A stretch of DNA of 64,000 bases from Thermococcus sp. JdFR-02 (lineage in GTDB: Archaea > Methanobacteriota_B > Thermococci > Thermococcales > Thermococcaceae), in assembly GCA_002009975.1 (NCBI GenBank), contig MTLP01000031.1:64001-128000 (forward strand), in the 5' to 3' direction. Both the position numbers and the translations under genes were made by a program. The notes under the pieces are model-generated. The model saw only the letters and a list, made by a program, of their open reading frames with translations, did no database searches and was not told the origin of the DNA. Shown here piece by piece: positions 1 to 11,129 of this stretch (the first letter of the stretch is position 1; each line of letters starts with the position of its first letter).

Positions 1-1263
1 AACCTGCTACAGTTTCAGTCCCTCCCCAATGTATACCATAAATCACTGCAGCTTCATTTCTGTAGTTGTGGTAGACTGGGGCCCCACTATCCCCACTAGC
101 ATGCTCGTAGTAGCTTCCATTTGACAATAGAGAACCCCTCCTCCCTTTGGATATGAAGTTACACACTTGCCTGTAATTGCACCAGAGGTTTTTCCTGTTG
201 TTATACCTACTTTATATACTATCTCCCCGATATATTGGTTTGAGGAGTACCTCTTTCCTATAACATTGCCATTGCTATAAATTCCTGTTGAAATGTCTGC
301 ATTAGTAACTTCAATCAACAGTGAATCACTATACCTCGGAAGTGGTGGATTATAAACAATTACTCCAATGTAATTATCTGACCCCTCTGTAGGTTGATAC
401 ACCGGTTGTCCAGAGGTTCCATAGTCTCCAAAATGGCCAGCTGTTACAGCATATTTCCTGCTTCCATAGTAACCTACATAACCTAATGTACCGGCACCTC
501 CCTTTTCTCCATTGACTATTTGTATTCCCCCAACTAACGGTCTAATTCTGTCTGTGTTGCTCTCTAATTTCATGTATTCCCTTTTTTCTATTCTTACTGC
601 TTCTTTTGGTATTCCAAGTTTTTCTAATTCATTTTCAAGGAGTTTCAGTTTCTCTGGTGTTACCTCTGCCAAACCTATGGTTAAAGTGTTGTGAGCTTCG
701 TCAGCATCAATCATTGTAACACCAAGTTTTTTTACATCAAGCTTTTCCACAAGCTTCTTCCACTTTACTAACTGATAAAAGCTGTATTCACCTTTTAGGA
801 ATACCACGTTTACTTTTCCCCTGTGTTTTCCTAATGTTTGCTTGATTTTCTCCTTATCCTTCTCATCCTTCACGTACACGAAAATTAATCCCTTCTCCTC
901 ATTAATAAACATTCCTCCATACGAGGGCACGTTCCTAGAGAATTTGCCGTGAAGCTCATCAATTCCCAGCAAATCAGTTAAATCCTTTGCAGCTTGATGT
1001 AAAACACTAACATCAGGCTTCTTAAAAATTCCGTAAGGCATTTCTTTGAATGCAAACCCCATGAAACCCTTAACTTTTTCAGGCTCTTGGCAATACCACC
1101 AGACTCTGGGCTCGCTCTTCTCAACCCACCGCCCATTCTCAAAAACCCAATAATTTACCATTTGACAAGTCTTGCCCTTATCACTACTTCTAATCCCCGC
1201 GCTCCCAAAAGAACCCAAAACCAATAAACCAAGCAATAAAATACCCAGTAGTTTCCATCGCAT
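1..1263 (-). pseudogene. Secreted S1 (chymotrypsin-like, alpha-lytic type) serine protease, frameshifted near 109; runs off the window start
   Basis: Signal peptide ([20 protein letters not shown]), prodomain, TAGH catalytic His motif, YSDSLLI Asp region. The GDSGAP Ser motif and IYGIHWGG lie in a shifted frame at 94..1, not in the called ORF. Confidence 0.75.
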
Positions 1264-1525
1264 TGGTATCACCATATAAAGTTTTCATAATTTTATATAA
1301 TCTCAAGATATTTAAAATTTTTGACTTTAAGATATCAAATTTATTTTAAAAAAAGTAAATGTTGGAAAGCCTCATTTTCGAAATAGAAGGAATTTAAAGC
1401 AGAAAAATCCCAGAAAGTAACCAAAATGTTGATACTTTTTTGATTATCTAAATAAATTACTACTTTAATGTGTTAAACTGATAGAAGTTATCACTCTCCT
1501 AATTTTCTCCCAAAACACTTTTATG

Positions 1526-1542
1526 TATCACCGACAATGAGT
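1526..1542 (+). promoter_or_regulatory. Degenerate TGM (TrmBL1/Tgr site) downstream of the putative malP TATA
   Basis: TATCAC-CGACA-ATGAGT versus consensus TATCAC-N5-GTGATA; right half imperfect; upstream of a maltodextrin gene. Confidence 0.35.
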
Positions 1543-1572
1543 ATAATAACAATTGCTTTATGAGGTGAGCTT

Positions 1573-4080
1573 ATGACTGAGGTAGAATCAAAGATTATGG
1601 AGAAGCTTCCCGAAAATATTAAAGGTTTGTTAGACCTTGCTTACAACTATTGGTGGACTTGGAATCACAAGGCTCAAAGACTGTGGATGTATATAGACGA
1701 GGAACATTGGAGAGAGTATAAGAATCCAGTGAAGCTTCTTCTTGAAGTTGATGAAAAGCGTTTAAAAGAACTCTCAAGAGATGAACAGTTCTTAAACCTC
1801 TATGAGCTCGTTATAGGGAATTTTGAAAAATACATGAACGAAAAAAACACATGGTTCTCAAGCAACTACCCGAAATGGGACAAACCCATAGTGTATCTTT
1901 GTATGGAATACGGGATTGGGAAGAGTTTGCCCATCTATTCTGGTGGATTGGGAATTTTAGCAGGGGATCACGTTAAAACTGCCAGCGATTTAGGATTACC
2001 CTTCATTGCGATTGGCTTGCTGTATAAACATGGATATTTTAAGCAGGAGATTGATACAACTGGAAATCAAATAGAAATTTTCCCAAGCTATGATCCAGAG
2101 GAAATGCCAATAAAACAAGTCCTTAAGGAAAATGGAGAGCCTTTATTGATTGAAGTTCCAATTGAGAACAAGATAGTCTATGCTAGGGTTTTTGAGGTAA
2201 ATGTTGGTAGGGTAAAGCTCTATCTCTTAGATACAGATGTCGAAGAAAATTCTTGGGAAGACAGAAAAATCTGTGATTACCTCTATAATGCAGAGCTTGA
2301 TAAGAGAATAAAGCAAGAAATTCTCCTAGGAATTGGTGGAATGAGATTATTAGAAAAATTGGAAATTGAACCAGGAGTAATACACTTAAATGAAGGTCAT
2401 CCAGCGTTTGCAAACTTCCAGAGAATCGCGTGGTACATGGAAAAAGGGCTAAGATTTGAGGAAGCTTTGGAAGTAGTTAGAGGAACAAGCGTTTTCACAA
2501 CTCACACACCCGTCCCAGCTGGGCATGATGTCTTTCCAGTATGGTTCGTTGAGGAAAAGTTGACAAAATTCTTTGAGAGCCTTCCAAAAGAGAAGTTCCT
2601 CAGCTTAGGAAAGGTTGAAGAAAAAGATCCTAACTTCAACATGAGCTTATTAGCTATAAGAACTTCTAACTTTGTCAATGGAGTTAGCAAATTACATGCC
2701 GACGTTACTAAGCTAATGTGGCAGAGCCTTTGGAAAGAGGTTCCATTAGACGAGATTCCGATTGAAGGCATAACAAACGGTGTGCACACTTCAACATGGG
2801 TTCATGAGGAGATGGCAAAGCTTTATGACAGATATATGGGCAAAGTTTGGAGAAATCATGTAAACTTAGAGGGTATTTGGTATGCGATAGAAAAGATACC
2901 AGATGAGGAACTGTGGGGCACTCATTTAAGGGCAAAGAGACAACTCATAGAGCTAATTAAAAGGAAGATAAAAGAGAGGAACGAGCGCTTAGGAATAGAT
3001 GAACCTATTCCAGAGATTGATGAAAATGCCTTGATAATAGGATTTGCAAGGAGATTCGCAACTTATAAAAGAGCAATTTTGCTACTGAGTGACCTTGAAA
3101 GGTTAAAGAAAATCGTAAATAACCCAGAGAAGCCCGTCTATATAATATATGCTGGAAAAGCCCACCCAAGAGATTTAGCAGGAAAAGAATTCTTAAGAAA
3201 AGTCTATGAAATTTCCCAGATGCCGGAGTTTAAGGGTAAAATAATCCTATTTGAAAACTATGATATGGGTTCTGCACGTTTAATGGTTGCTGGAGTTGAC
3301 GTTTGGCTAAACAATCCAAGAAGACCCATGGAAGCAAGTGGGACAAGTGGGATGAAAGCCGGTTTAAATGGAGTTCTAAACCTAAGCATATACGATGGAT
3401 GGTGGGTTGAAGGTTACAATGGTAGGAATGGATGGGTAATAGGCGAAGAGACAACAGAACCAGAAAGTGAAGCAGATGATCCTAAAGATGCTCAAAGCCT
3501 TTATGAACTTTTGGAGACCGAGATAATCCCATTGTACTATGAGAATCGCGAAAAATGGATACAAATAATGAAGGAGAGCATAAAGAGCATTGCTCCAAGA
3601 TTCAGCACTCACAGGATGGTAAAAGAATATATGGCAAAATTCTATACAAAGGCTATGGAGCATGGAATCTGGCTTGTAAGAGACAACTTCAGGTGGGCAA
3701 AGGAAATTGCAGAATGGAAAGAGAAAGTCTTTAAATCATGGGGCAACGTTAGGATAGAGAGCATTATAACGAAAGATGCAAGAGGAGTAGATGTTATAGT
3801 TAATCTTAATGGACTAAGTCCAGAAGATGTAAAAGTTGAGCTTTATTATGGAGTTAAGGCTTGGGAGTATATAATAGAAAAGCCGCATATAATCGAACTC
3901 AAAAATCCAGAAGATTTAGGTAATGGAAAATTTAGATACAGATACGAGGGCACTGCATTAAGAAATCTAAGAAACCCATGTTGGCACTATGCTGTTAGAA
4001 TTTACCCACACCATGCCAGATTGCCCTATAAATTCCTCTTTGGTGGATTAATAAAATGGAGAGGGCTCTTTGAAGAATAA
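1573..4080 (+). CDS. malP: Maltodextrin/alpha-glucan phosphorylase
   Basis: YSGGLG, HLNEGH, RRFATYKR and EASGTSGMK (PLP lysine) motifs; SD GAGGTGA. Confidence 0.96.
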   Translation: MTEVESKIMEKLPENIKGLLDLAYNYWWTWNHKAQRLWMYIDEEHWREYKNPVKLLLEVDEKRLKELSRDEQFLNLYELVIGNFEKYMNEKNTWFSSNYPKWDKPIVYLCMEYGIGKSLPIYSGGLGILAGDHVKTASDLGLPFIAIGLLYKHGYFKQEIDTTGNQIEIFPSYDPEEMPIKQVLKENGEPLLIEVPIENKIVYARVFEVNVGRVKLYLLDTDVEENSWEDRKICDYLYNAELDKRIKQEILLGIGGMRLLEKLEIEPGVIHLNEGHPAFANFQRIAWYMEKGLRFEEALEVVRGTSVFTTHTPVPAGHDVFPVWFVEEKLTKFFESLPKEKFLSLGKVEEKDPNFNMSLLAIRTSNFVNGVSKLHADVTKLMWQSLWKEVPLDEIPIEGITNGVHTSTWVHEEMAKLYDRYMGKVWRNHVNLEGIWYAIEKIPDEELWGTHLRAKRQLIELIKRKIKERNERLGIDEPIPEIDENALIIGFARRFATYKRAILLLSDLERLKKIVNNPEKPVYIIYAGKAHPRDLAGKEFLRKVYEISQMPEFKGKIILFENYDMGSARLMVAGVDVWLNNPRRPMEASGTSGMKAGLNGVLNLSIYDGWWVEGYNGRNGWVIGEETTEPESEADDPKDAQSLYELLETEIIPLYYENREKWIQIMKESIKSIAPRFSTHRMVKEYMAKFYTKAMEHGIWLVRDNFRWAKEIAEWKEKVFKSWGNVRIESIITKDARGVDVIVNLNGLSPEDVKVELYYGVKAWEYIIEKPHIIELKNPEDLGNGKFRYRYEGTALRNLRNPCWHYAVRIYPHHARLPYKFLFGGLIKWRGLFEE

Positions 4081-4088
4081 AAGAAAAG

Positions 4089-4673
4089 TTAAGCCTTCTT
4101 TTCTTCTTTCTTTTGTTGTAGCTTTGGAGGTTTAAGACCGTATCCCAAGATTTTGAATTCCACTGTTTCTCCATCTCTTAGAACGTATCTAACTTTTCCA
4201 TCTTCAAGCTTCTCAATCTTTGCCAATGGATGCCTATAGTCTGTGAATTTCTTGACCTTTTCTTCTGGAAGCGGAACCCAATCAAAGAGTTCCAACTCCT
4301 CATCTTTCCAAACTGTGGTAAGCATATAATTGCTTACAAAGCCTAAGGCATTTGTTGGACACACATCAACACAGAATTGACAGAAGGTACACCTTCCATA
4401 ATCCACCTTTGGATGCGGTCTTTTCTCCCCTTCAATCCATGTCATTTCTATAGCTCTTGCTGGACATATCTGCCCGCACATGTTACACCCTATACAGGTT
4501 TTCCAGTTTAGAGTATGGAAACCTCTATAGTTTTCAGCAATTTGAGTTGGTTCATAGGGGATTTTAATTGTAACAGGTTTTTTGAAAAGATACTTTAAGC
4601 TCATCCAAGGTTTGATAAATGATGGTCTTTTCTTAACTTCTTCCTCAGGTGCGACTTTAATTTTCATACCCAT
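4089..4673 (-). CDS. mbxN: Membrane-bound sulfane reductase subunit N (NuoI-like, 2x[4Fe-4S])
   Basis: Two CxxCxxCxxxCP motifs; last gene of the operon. Confidence 0.92.
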   Translation of the reverse strand: MGMKIKVAPEEEVKKRPSFIKPWMSLKYLFKKPVTIKIPYEPTQIAENYRGFHTLNWKTCIGCNMCGQICPARAIEMTWIEGEKRPHPKVDYGRCTFCQFCVDVCPTNALGFVSNYMLTTVWKDEELELFDWVPLPEEKVKKFTDYRHPLAKIEKLEDGKVRYVLRDGETVEFKILGYGLKPPKLQQKKEEKKA

Positions 4674-4678
4674 GATCA

Positions 4679-5854
4679 TCACCTATCTATATCTGGTGGA
4701 CAATTACCCAAGCTCATCAATATAACTGGGACATCAGCTATTCTTGCTCCAACTAAAAGCTGCTCCAAAACCCTAATCCCATGAGCTATGCTTGGTCCTC
4801 TAATTTGAACTCTGTAGGGTTTACTCCCTCCATCGCTTACTACATAAGCACCAAAGTCTCCCATCGTAGCTTCAACATGAGCATAAGCTTCACCTGCTGG
4901 AACTTTAAACCTTGGAAGAGCTTTTAATCGTGGATCTTGGACTTTATATGCTCCACTTGGAGGTCCCATCTCGAGGAGCTGCTCTAATATGTATAGGTCC
5001 TGCTCAAGCTCGAATCTTCTAACCAAAGCTCTCGCTAAAGCATCGCCTTCCTTTAATACTGGGATTTCAAAGTCAAGCTCTGGGTAAAATAGATATGGAT
5101 CAAGCTTTCTAACGTCTGCTGCAACTCCAGTAGCCCTTAAATTGGGTCCAGTTACTCCTTCATCCAAAGCAAACTTCTTGTCCATTACTCCAATTCCTTC
5201 CATTCTTCTATGAGTAATGTAGTTCTCAAAGAGCACATTATCAAAATCCTTTAGCTTGTCTTTTATGTACTCAACAGTATCTTTCAATTGTCTAAGCCAT
5301 TTATCGCTTGGAATGTCCCTTCTAACTCCCCCTGGAATTGTATAGATATGATAAACTCTTGCACCTGTTAATTCCTCAAAAAGTGCCATTAATCTTTCTC
5401 TATAAGCAGCAGCCCACTGACCAGCCGTATAGACACCAAGCTTAAATCCCAAACCCATTGTCCAAAATAAGTAAGAGCTGACCCTTGCCATCTCTAAAAC
5501 TACTGTCCTTATCCATTGAGCTCTCTCTGGAACCTCCCATCCCATTAGCTCGTCAACAGCCATTGAGTATATTGCCTCTGGAACATCTGGCTCTGGAACA
5601 CAGATTCTCAAAAGTAGAGCTATGTTAGTGTACCAAGGTCTAAACTCAGCTAACTTTTCAAAACCTCTATGCAAAAATCCTGGATTTGCAATGGCTTTAA
5701 CTACCCTATGTCCATCCATTTTAAGGATAATGCTAAAGTTCTCTGTAGCCATATGCTGTGGTCCAAAGAATAACTCGTAAGTGTCTTTATCTAAGGGTAA
5801 GAGCTCCATTCCGTTCTCCCTTGCTTCCTTAACTAACTCACTTTGTGAAACCAT
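4679..5854 (-). CDS. mbxL: Mbs/Mbx catalytic subunit L (NuoD-like, no NiFe site)
   Basis: FGPQH, HRGFEK; only two of four NiFe cysteines (RICVPE, NCPPDIDR), diagnostic of Mbx rather than Mbh. Confidence 0.93.
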   Translation of the reverse strand: MVSQSELVKEARENGMELLPLDKDTYELFFGPQHMATENFSIILKMDGHRVVKAIANPGFLHRGFEKLAEFRPWYTNIALLLRICVPEPDVPEAIYSMAVDELMGWEVPERAQWIRTVVLEMARVSSYLFWTMGLGFKLGVYTAGQWAAAYRERLMALFEELTGARVYHIYTIPGGVRRDIPSDKWLRQLKDTVEYIKDKLKDFDNVLFENYITHRRMEGIGVMDKKFALDEGVTGPNLRATGVAADVRKLDPYLFYPELDFEIPVLKEGDALARALVRRFELEQDLYILEQLLEMGPPSGAYKVQDPRLKALPRFKVPAGEAYAHVEATMGDFGAYVVSDGGSKPYRVQIRGPSIAHGIRVLEQLLVGARIADVPVILMSLGNCPPDIDR

Positions 5855-5864
5855 AATCCTCACC

Positions 5865-6383
5865 TCAGATTACATAATTATCCTTATCCTCATCAAATCT
5901 GTCCAAAATCTTGTACTTCCTCTTTGTATAACCGAGCCAATCAAAGTCCTTTCTGTGCGGAAATAACCCCTGTTCTGCATCATCTAAAATCCAAGGCATT
6001 TCCATCTTTTCATTTCCTTCAAAGTAAACCCCATAAAAGTCGTGTGCATCTCTCTCATAAGTCTCTGCAACTGGATAAATATCCTTTACAGTTGGCATTC
6101 TTGCTTTATCTAAGTCCCTTGGAATCCTTGTCTTAACGAAAGCATGAACTGCATAGGTGTAGCTCCAAAGCTGATACACAAGCTCAAATTCTCCATCCTT
6201 TAACCAATCAACAACCGTTATCTGCATCATTGATTCAAAGTTGTTTTCCTTCATGATCATGAGGAATTCTCTAATCCTATCTGCTGGGACTTTGAACTCT
6301 ATTCTTCTTTCCCTCTTAACTTTCCCTTCTGCATAAGGAGCTTTTTCAAGTACCTTTTGAACAATCACTTCTTCTTTAGCCAT
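5865..6383 (-). CDS. mbxK: Mbs/Mbx subunit K (NuoC-like)
   Basis: ERDAHDFYGVYFEG and PHRKDF motifs; operon position. Confidence 0.9.
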   Translation of the reverse strand: MAKEEVIVQKVLEKAPYAEGKVKRERRIEFKVPADRIREFLMIMKENNFESMMQITVVDWLKDGEFELVYQLWSYTYAVHAFVKTRIPRDLDKARMPTVKDIYPVAETYERDAHDFYGVYFEGNEKMEMPWILDDAEQGLFPHRKDFDWLGYTKRKYKILDRFDEDKDNYVI

Positions 6384-6925
6384 GGAATCCACCTCCTTGC
6401 TTCCTTCTCTCTCCAACCCTCACCAAATAGTTCGTCTTGGTTTTTCTTATACCACTCATAGTTCTCCTTATAGCGTTTCCATCCATCAGCGGTTCCATTT
6501 TCAATCATTTCCATTATTTTCTTGATTCCGTCCATTACAGCTTCTGGTCTTGGCATGCATCCAGCTATTGCAACATCAACGGGTATATACCTATCCAAAT
6601 GCTTTATCGCGTTGTATGAATCCCAATATATTCCACCATTAAGGGGACATGAACCGTGAGCTAAAACATATTTTGGATCTGGTTGAAGTTCATAGGTTAT
6701 TATTATTCTCTTTAGCGTCTTTGGGGTTACATAGCCAGTGATTAGGAATAAATCTGCCATTCTTGGTGCTGGATTTGGCATCATACCAAACCTTTCCAAG
6801 TCATAACGTGATGTCATTAGAGGTGGCATTTCTATACCACCACATCCCGTACAAAATGCTACAATCCAAAGACTCTTCTTTCTCGCATAGTTAAATAAGG
6901 GTTCAAAGAGACGCCAATCAACCAT
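6365..6925 (-). CDS. mbxJ: Mbs/Mbx subunit J (NuoB-like Fe-S)
   Basis: CTGCGGIE, HGSCP and GCMPRPE motifs. Confidence 0.92.
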   Translation of the reverse strand: MVDWRLFEPLFNYARKKSLWIVAFCTGCGGIEMPPLMTSRYDLERFGMMPNPAPRMADLFLITGYVTPKTLKRIIITYELQPDPKYVLAHGSCPLNGGIYWDSYNAIKHLDRYIPVDVAIAGCMPRPEAVMDGIKKIMEMIENGTADGWKRYKENYEWYKKNQDELFGEGWREKEARRWIPWLKKK

Positions 6926-6935
6926 TTTTATCACC

Positions 6936-7823
6936 TCACAAACTTGCTAATATCGCGCCCAAAGCGGCTATTATAGTTGGCCACTTCCAGTAAAACTTAG
7001 CTGCTTGGTCAATTGTGAATCTTGGGAATATTGCCCCTATGAATATAGCTATCATAAGCACAGCTACTTGTTTAATAAGCAATACTAGAATGCTTCCTCC
7101 TCCAAGGAATATGTTTGCAAAGAATAATGTCTCAGCGAACAATGCTATTGCATGCTGTATTTGTAGCATTCCCATGTGTTTTCCTCCAAATTCCACCATT
7201 GGACCCAAAGAGATTTCTCCAGGAGCTATCATGATATCAAACGGCTCCTTTCCAAACATGGCTTGAAGAACTATGTCATAAGCTATCGCCGCCAAGAACA
7301 ATGGTAAGTGGAATATGCTCCATCCGCCCGCTTGCTGTGCCATAACTATCTCATAAGTGCTGAAAGTTCCATAAAACTGTGCTAAGGCAATTATTGCAAA
7401 ACCTAATGGAACTTGAATCGCCAAAAGTGTTAGTAAAGCCCTCTGAGCACCTAAACCCGCCCATGGATTCCCAGAACTCATTGCCGCAAACATTATTCCA
7501 AGCATTGGAATTTCGAGGAGGAAGGTAATTAAGATTAAGTCACCATAAGCCCTTAAGATGCTGATATTCCCAAGGGGAATAAACATTAAGGCTAAGATTG
7601 TTGCTCCTAATGCATAGATAATTCCAAAGTCGTAGATGAGTCCATGAGTAATGTTGCTTTTCTTTGAGAGTAACTTAATTGTATCAAGGATTGGCTGGTA
7701 AATTGGAGGTCCTACCCTCCTATGAATCCTTGCTGTTACTATTCTGATTATTCCCATGAACATGAAACCTACAAATGTTGCATAAATTAAAATTAGGAAA
7801 GCCCTTAAGGCAATTTCAAGCAT
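6936..7823 (-). CDS. mbxM: Mbs/Mbx subunit M (NuoH-like)
   Basis: RRVGPP, QPILDTIKLLSK, PFD, PRFTIDQ; multi-TM. Confidence 0.9.
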   Translation of the reverse strand: MLEIALRAFLILIYATFVGFMFMGIIRIVTARIHRRVGPPIYQPILDTIKLLSKKSNITHGLIYDFGIIYALGATILALMFIPLGNISILRAYGDLILITFLLEIPMLGIMFAAMSSGNPWAGLGAQRALLTLLAIQVPLGFAIIALAQFYGTFSTYEIVMAQQAGGWSIFHLPLFLAAIAYDIVLQAMFGKEPFDIMIAPGEISLGPMVEFGGKHMGMLQIQHAIALFAETLFFANIFLGGGSILVLLIKQVAVLMIAIFIGAIFPRFTIDQAAKFYWKWPTIIAALGAILASL

Positions 7824-7824
7824 T

Positions 7825-9651
7825 TTACCACCCCCACAATGCAAGCACTACCAATACTATTGCTAAATACCATGCATAACTTTGTACATTTCCGTTGTAG
7901 ACATAATATCTCAAGGTCTCAGCCAAATCTTCTACACTCTTTCCAACGTCTTGATAAAGCCTATCAAAGCTCATTCTAAGCCAGAAAGCCAATGTTTCTT
8001 TCAATGGAAGGAAGAAGTTTCTCCTTATAGTTAGATTGTACTCCATAGTTACGGGATTTCCTGATTGATATGTATCTGTAACGGGAACTCTTCTAACTTT
8101 AGCCCCCATGAAGTACACTATCCCAGCAATTACAATGCCAATTACAAGCCAAATCGTTAATAGCAAAGCGTTGTATTTTCCAAAGCCGAGGTCAAGTATG
8201 AACAAGTCCCCTTTAATAACCTCCTTTCCCAGTATGCTGTTTAACTCCTTGGCAACTAAGCCTGGCGCAATTCCAAATACTACGTTAAGCAAAGCCAAGA
8301 TTCCCATTGCTATTGCTAAAGGCAATGGCGCATCTTTTGTATCATCTAAGTCTGTCGGTCTCTGTCCAAACCACACTGCGTATGTGAATCTAATGAGGTA
8401 AACAAACCCTATTGCACTTCCAAAGAAGATAAAGCCACCTAAAATTGGCAAGTTTTGACTTATAACAGCTTCAAATAGAAGCCACTTGCTTGCAAATCCA
8501 ACTAGTGGTGGAATTCCTGCTAAACTCAATATTGCAACAAACGCCATTGCAAAGGTTATTGGCATCTTTTCTGCTAAGCCTCCCATGTCTTTGAACTCTG
8601 TTTTACCAGTTCTATATACAATTGTAGCAACTATTAGGAAAAACAACCCTTTGAAAAGTGCATGGCTTAAAGTGTGGAATAGTGCCGCTTGAATACTCAA
8701 AGCAGTGCCAACACCTATACCTATAAGCACATAGCCAAGCTGACTTATACTCGAGTAGGCAAAGAGCTTTCTTATGTCTTCTTGGAGGGCTGCCAATAAA
8801 CCGCCAACGACTATAGTTAAACCTCCAATGAACGCTATGATATATCCAAACTTTGTTGTACTCCTAAATGCTCCAAAGTCATAGGCTAATTTACTTCCAA
8901 TTAAGATGTAAATCAATATAAATCCATAGACTCCTGCCTTACTTAAAGCACCGCTGAACATTGCAGTGTAGCTTTGGTTTGTTTCACTATAAGCATCTGG
9001 CGCCCAAACATGAAGTGGAAAGGCTCCAGCTTTTACTCCAAAGGCTATTAGGAAGAGCAAATAGATTAGGGCTAACTTCCACTTTGTTAGCATCATTGAA
9101 GCTACGCTCATTCCAGCAAAGCTTAAGTCACCTACACTAGCATACAAAATCCCAATTGCTATTAACATTGAATACGCTCCAAATAAGCTAAGTAAGAAGT
9201 ACTTTAGTGAAGCTTTCTTGTTGTACTTTAAGACCATCATGAATGAGCCAAATGTCATTATTTCCCAGAAAATGAAAAAGCTAACCATATCAAATGCTAA
9301 GAAAACCCCAAGTACTCCTGTTAAGCTCATCAAAGCGAAAAGCCACTCATAGCCATCTTTTGAAGTTGATGTCATGCCAAGTATTGCCGCAAATCCCACT
9401 AAAGCCGCTATTGTAGCAAAGAACCACCCAAGCTTGTAGAGCAAGAAATTGAACTCAAAACCACTTAAACTTAAGGTAAAGTTTATCGTCTCTTTGCTGA
9501 GCTGTTGGTAAAGGTAAGCTAAATAACCCAATGGAATTGCAGCGCTAATTACCCCAATTATCTCTCTAATTCCTTTAATGTTAATGAGCCAAGCTAAAAA
9601 ACCACCTATGAGGGGAGCTAATATTATAATTGGAATTGGATTGATGCTCAT
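7825..9651 (-). CDS. mbxH2: Mbs/Mbx subunit H' (MrpA/D-like proton-translocating)
   Basis: FWEIM, FPLHVWAPDAY, AYSSISQ, HALFKGLFF. Confidence 0.88.
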   Translation of the reverse strand: MSINPIPIIILAPLIGGFLAWLINIKGIREIIGVISAAIPLGYLAYLYQQLSKETINFTLSLSGFEFNFLLYKLGWFFATIAALVGFAAILGMTSTSKDGYEWLFALMSLTGVLGVFLAFDMVSFFIFWEIMTFGSFMMVLKYNKKASLKYFLLSLFGAYSMLIAIGILYASVGDLSFAGMSVASMMLTKWKLALIYLLFLIAFGVKAGAFPLHVWAPDAYSETNQSYTAMFSGALSKAGVYGFILIYILIGSKLAYDFGAFRSTTKFGYIIAFIGGLTIVVGGLLAALQEDIRKLFAYSSISQLGYVLIGIGVGTALSIQAALFHTLSHALFKGLFFLIVATIVYRTGKTEFKDMGGLAEKMPITFAMAFVAILSLAGIPPLVGFASKWLLFEAVISQNLPILGGFIFFGSAIGFVYLIRFTYAVWFGQRPTDLDDTKDAPLPLAIAMGILALLNVVFGIAPGLVAKELNSILGKEVIKGDLFILDLGFGKYNALLLTIWLVIGIVIAGIVYFMGAKVRRVPVTDTYQSGNPVTMEYNLTIRRNFFLPLKETLAFWLRMSFDRLYQDVGKSVEDLAETLRYYVYNGNVQSYAWYLAIVLVVLALWGW

Positions 9652-11129
9652 TTTACCACCTCCAAAAGAGGAACGTTCTTAATGTAAGCAGCCTTGTCAA
9701 AGATATCCCTTCCAGCCTCTTGTATGAAGTGCCAAAGTGAGTCTGGATAAATTCCTATGAGTACTATTATTGCTATTAACAGAGTCATTATTATCCCCAA
9801 AACAATGTTTTCTTCTCCTTTTTCACTTTCAAAGAACCACATTACATGGATTAATTTAATGTAATAAACCGCTTCAACCAAGCTTGCCCCAAGTATTAGT
9901 GCAACTACAAACGTCTTTCCCGCAACCAACGCAGCCAACAGTAATTTTATTTTACTCCAAAAGACGTTGAATAGAGGAATTCCAATTACACTCACAGCTC
10001 CAACTGTGATTGCAAAAGCCGTTAATGGCATTCTTTTTCCTAATCCCCTGAACTTCTCAAACTCTGCACCACCAAGCTCTAAAGCAACATAGCCTACAGC
10101 CAAGAATAAGAGAGCTTTTACTATTGCATGATTTACCATGTGAAATACACTCGCATCTATACCTGCTTGAGTTCCAAGTCCAAAGCCTACTGCAATTAAA
10201 CCTACTTGGGCTATGCTTGAGTAAGCTATCATTCTTTTGACGTTTGCTTGTCTCAAGGCACTTAACTCACCAATAACGACGGTTAAAGTTCCCAAAATTA
10301 TAAGCAGATTTAGAATGTTTTGCCATGTCTCAACACTGCTCAATAAGTAGACTATTCTCGCTATCGCATAGAGTGAAGCTTTAACTACGAAGGCAGAGAA
10401 CAATGTGGTTATTGGATGAGGTGCGGCTTGGTATGCATCTGGTGCCCAAGCGTTTAGTGGGAATAGCTCACCTTCAACTGCTAATCCAAAAATGAGCAAA
10501 GCTAAAGCTACTTGAGCAACTGTTGGATCAATAAGCGAAGCTTTTTGAGCTATATCCGCTAAGTTTAAAGTTCCCAAGCTTCCATAAATCAATGCAACCC
10601 CGACGAGGAAAAAGCTTGAACCAATCCCACCTAGGATTATGTATTTCATGCTCGCCTCACTTGCGTGAGCATCTTTGTTGTAAGCTGTCAAAGCATAAGC
10701 ACTAATTGCTGTAATCTCCATGAAAACGAAGAGATTGAAAATGTCCCCCGTTGCAATCATTCCCGTTGCACCAAGCATTAAAAGTAAAAACAGCATTGCA
10801 TACTTGTCCTTTGGCTCAATATTAATTGCCCTCATGCTAAACACTGCCATCAGAAATGATACTAAGGCTATTATTAATGCAAATAGAGAAGCGAAGTGTC
10901 CAATGTAGAGGTTAATCCCAACGGGTGGTCTAAAGCCACCAGCCATGATTATTATTGGGTTTCCAGTTGTATAAACATCTCTAAACACTAAAGCAGCTAT
11001 GATCGTTTGAATTAAGGTGATTAAAGTTAAGTAAGGCATTATAGCTTTTTTGCTTATCTTTTTGAGGATTGGGACAAAAAATGCACTAATTAGAGGTAAA
11101 GCAATGAGTAATGAAGCGTATTGGGTCAT
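9648..11129 (-). CDS. mbxH: Mbs/Mbx subunit H (MrpD-like)
   Basis: DIFNLFVFMEI, FPLNAWAPDAY, AYSSIAQ, HAIVKALLFL. Confidence 0.88.
   Translation of the reverse strand: MTQYASLLIALPLISAFFVPILKKISKKAIMPYLTLITLIQTIIAALVFRDVYTTGNPIIIMAGGFRPPVGINLYIGHFASLFALIIALVSFLMAVFSMRAINIEPKDKYAMLFLLLMLGATGMIATGDIFNLFVFMEITAISAYALTAYNKDAHASEASMKYIILGGIGSSFFLVGVALIYGSLGTLNLADIAQKASLIDPTVAQVALALLIFGLAVEGELFPLNAWAPDAYQAAPHPITTLFSAFVVKASLYAIARIVYLLSSVETWQNILNLLIILGTLTVVIGELSALRQANVKRMIAYSSIAQVGLIAVGFGLGTQAGIDASVFHMVNHAIVKALLFLAVGYVALELGGAEFEKFRGLGKRMPLTAFAITVGAVSVIGIPLFNVFWSKIKLLLAALVAGKTFVVALILGASLVEAVYYIKLIHVMWFFESEKGEENIVLGIIMTLLIAIIVLIGIYPDSLWHFIQEAGRDIFDKAAYIKNVPLLEVVK

Noticed and set aside
1305-1330. Near-identical TATTTAAA.TTTTTGA.TTT upstream of the protease gene and at about 54429
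   Set aside because: Matches the generic BRE-TATA consensus on the minus strand; not evidence of a specific repeat.
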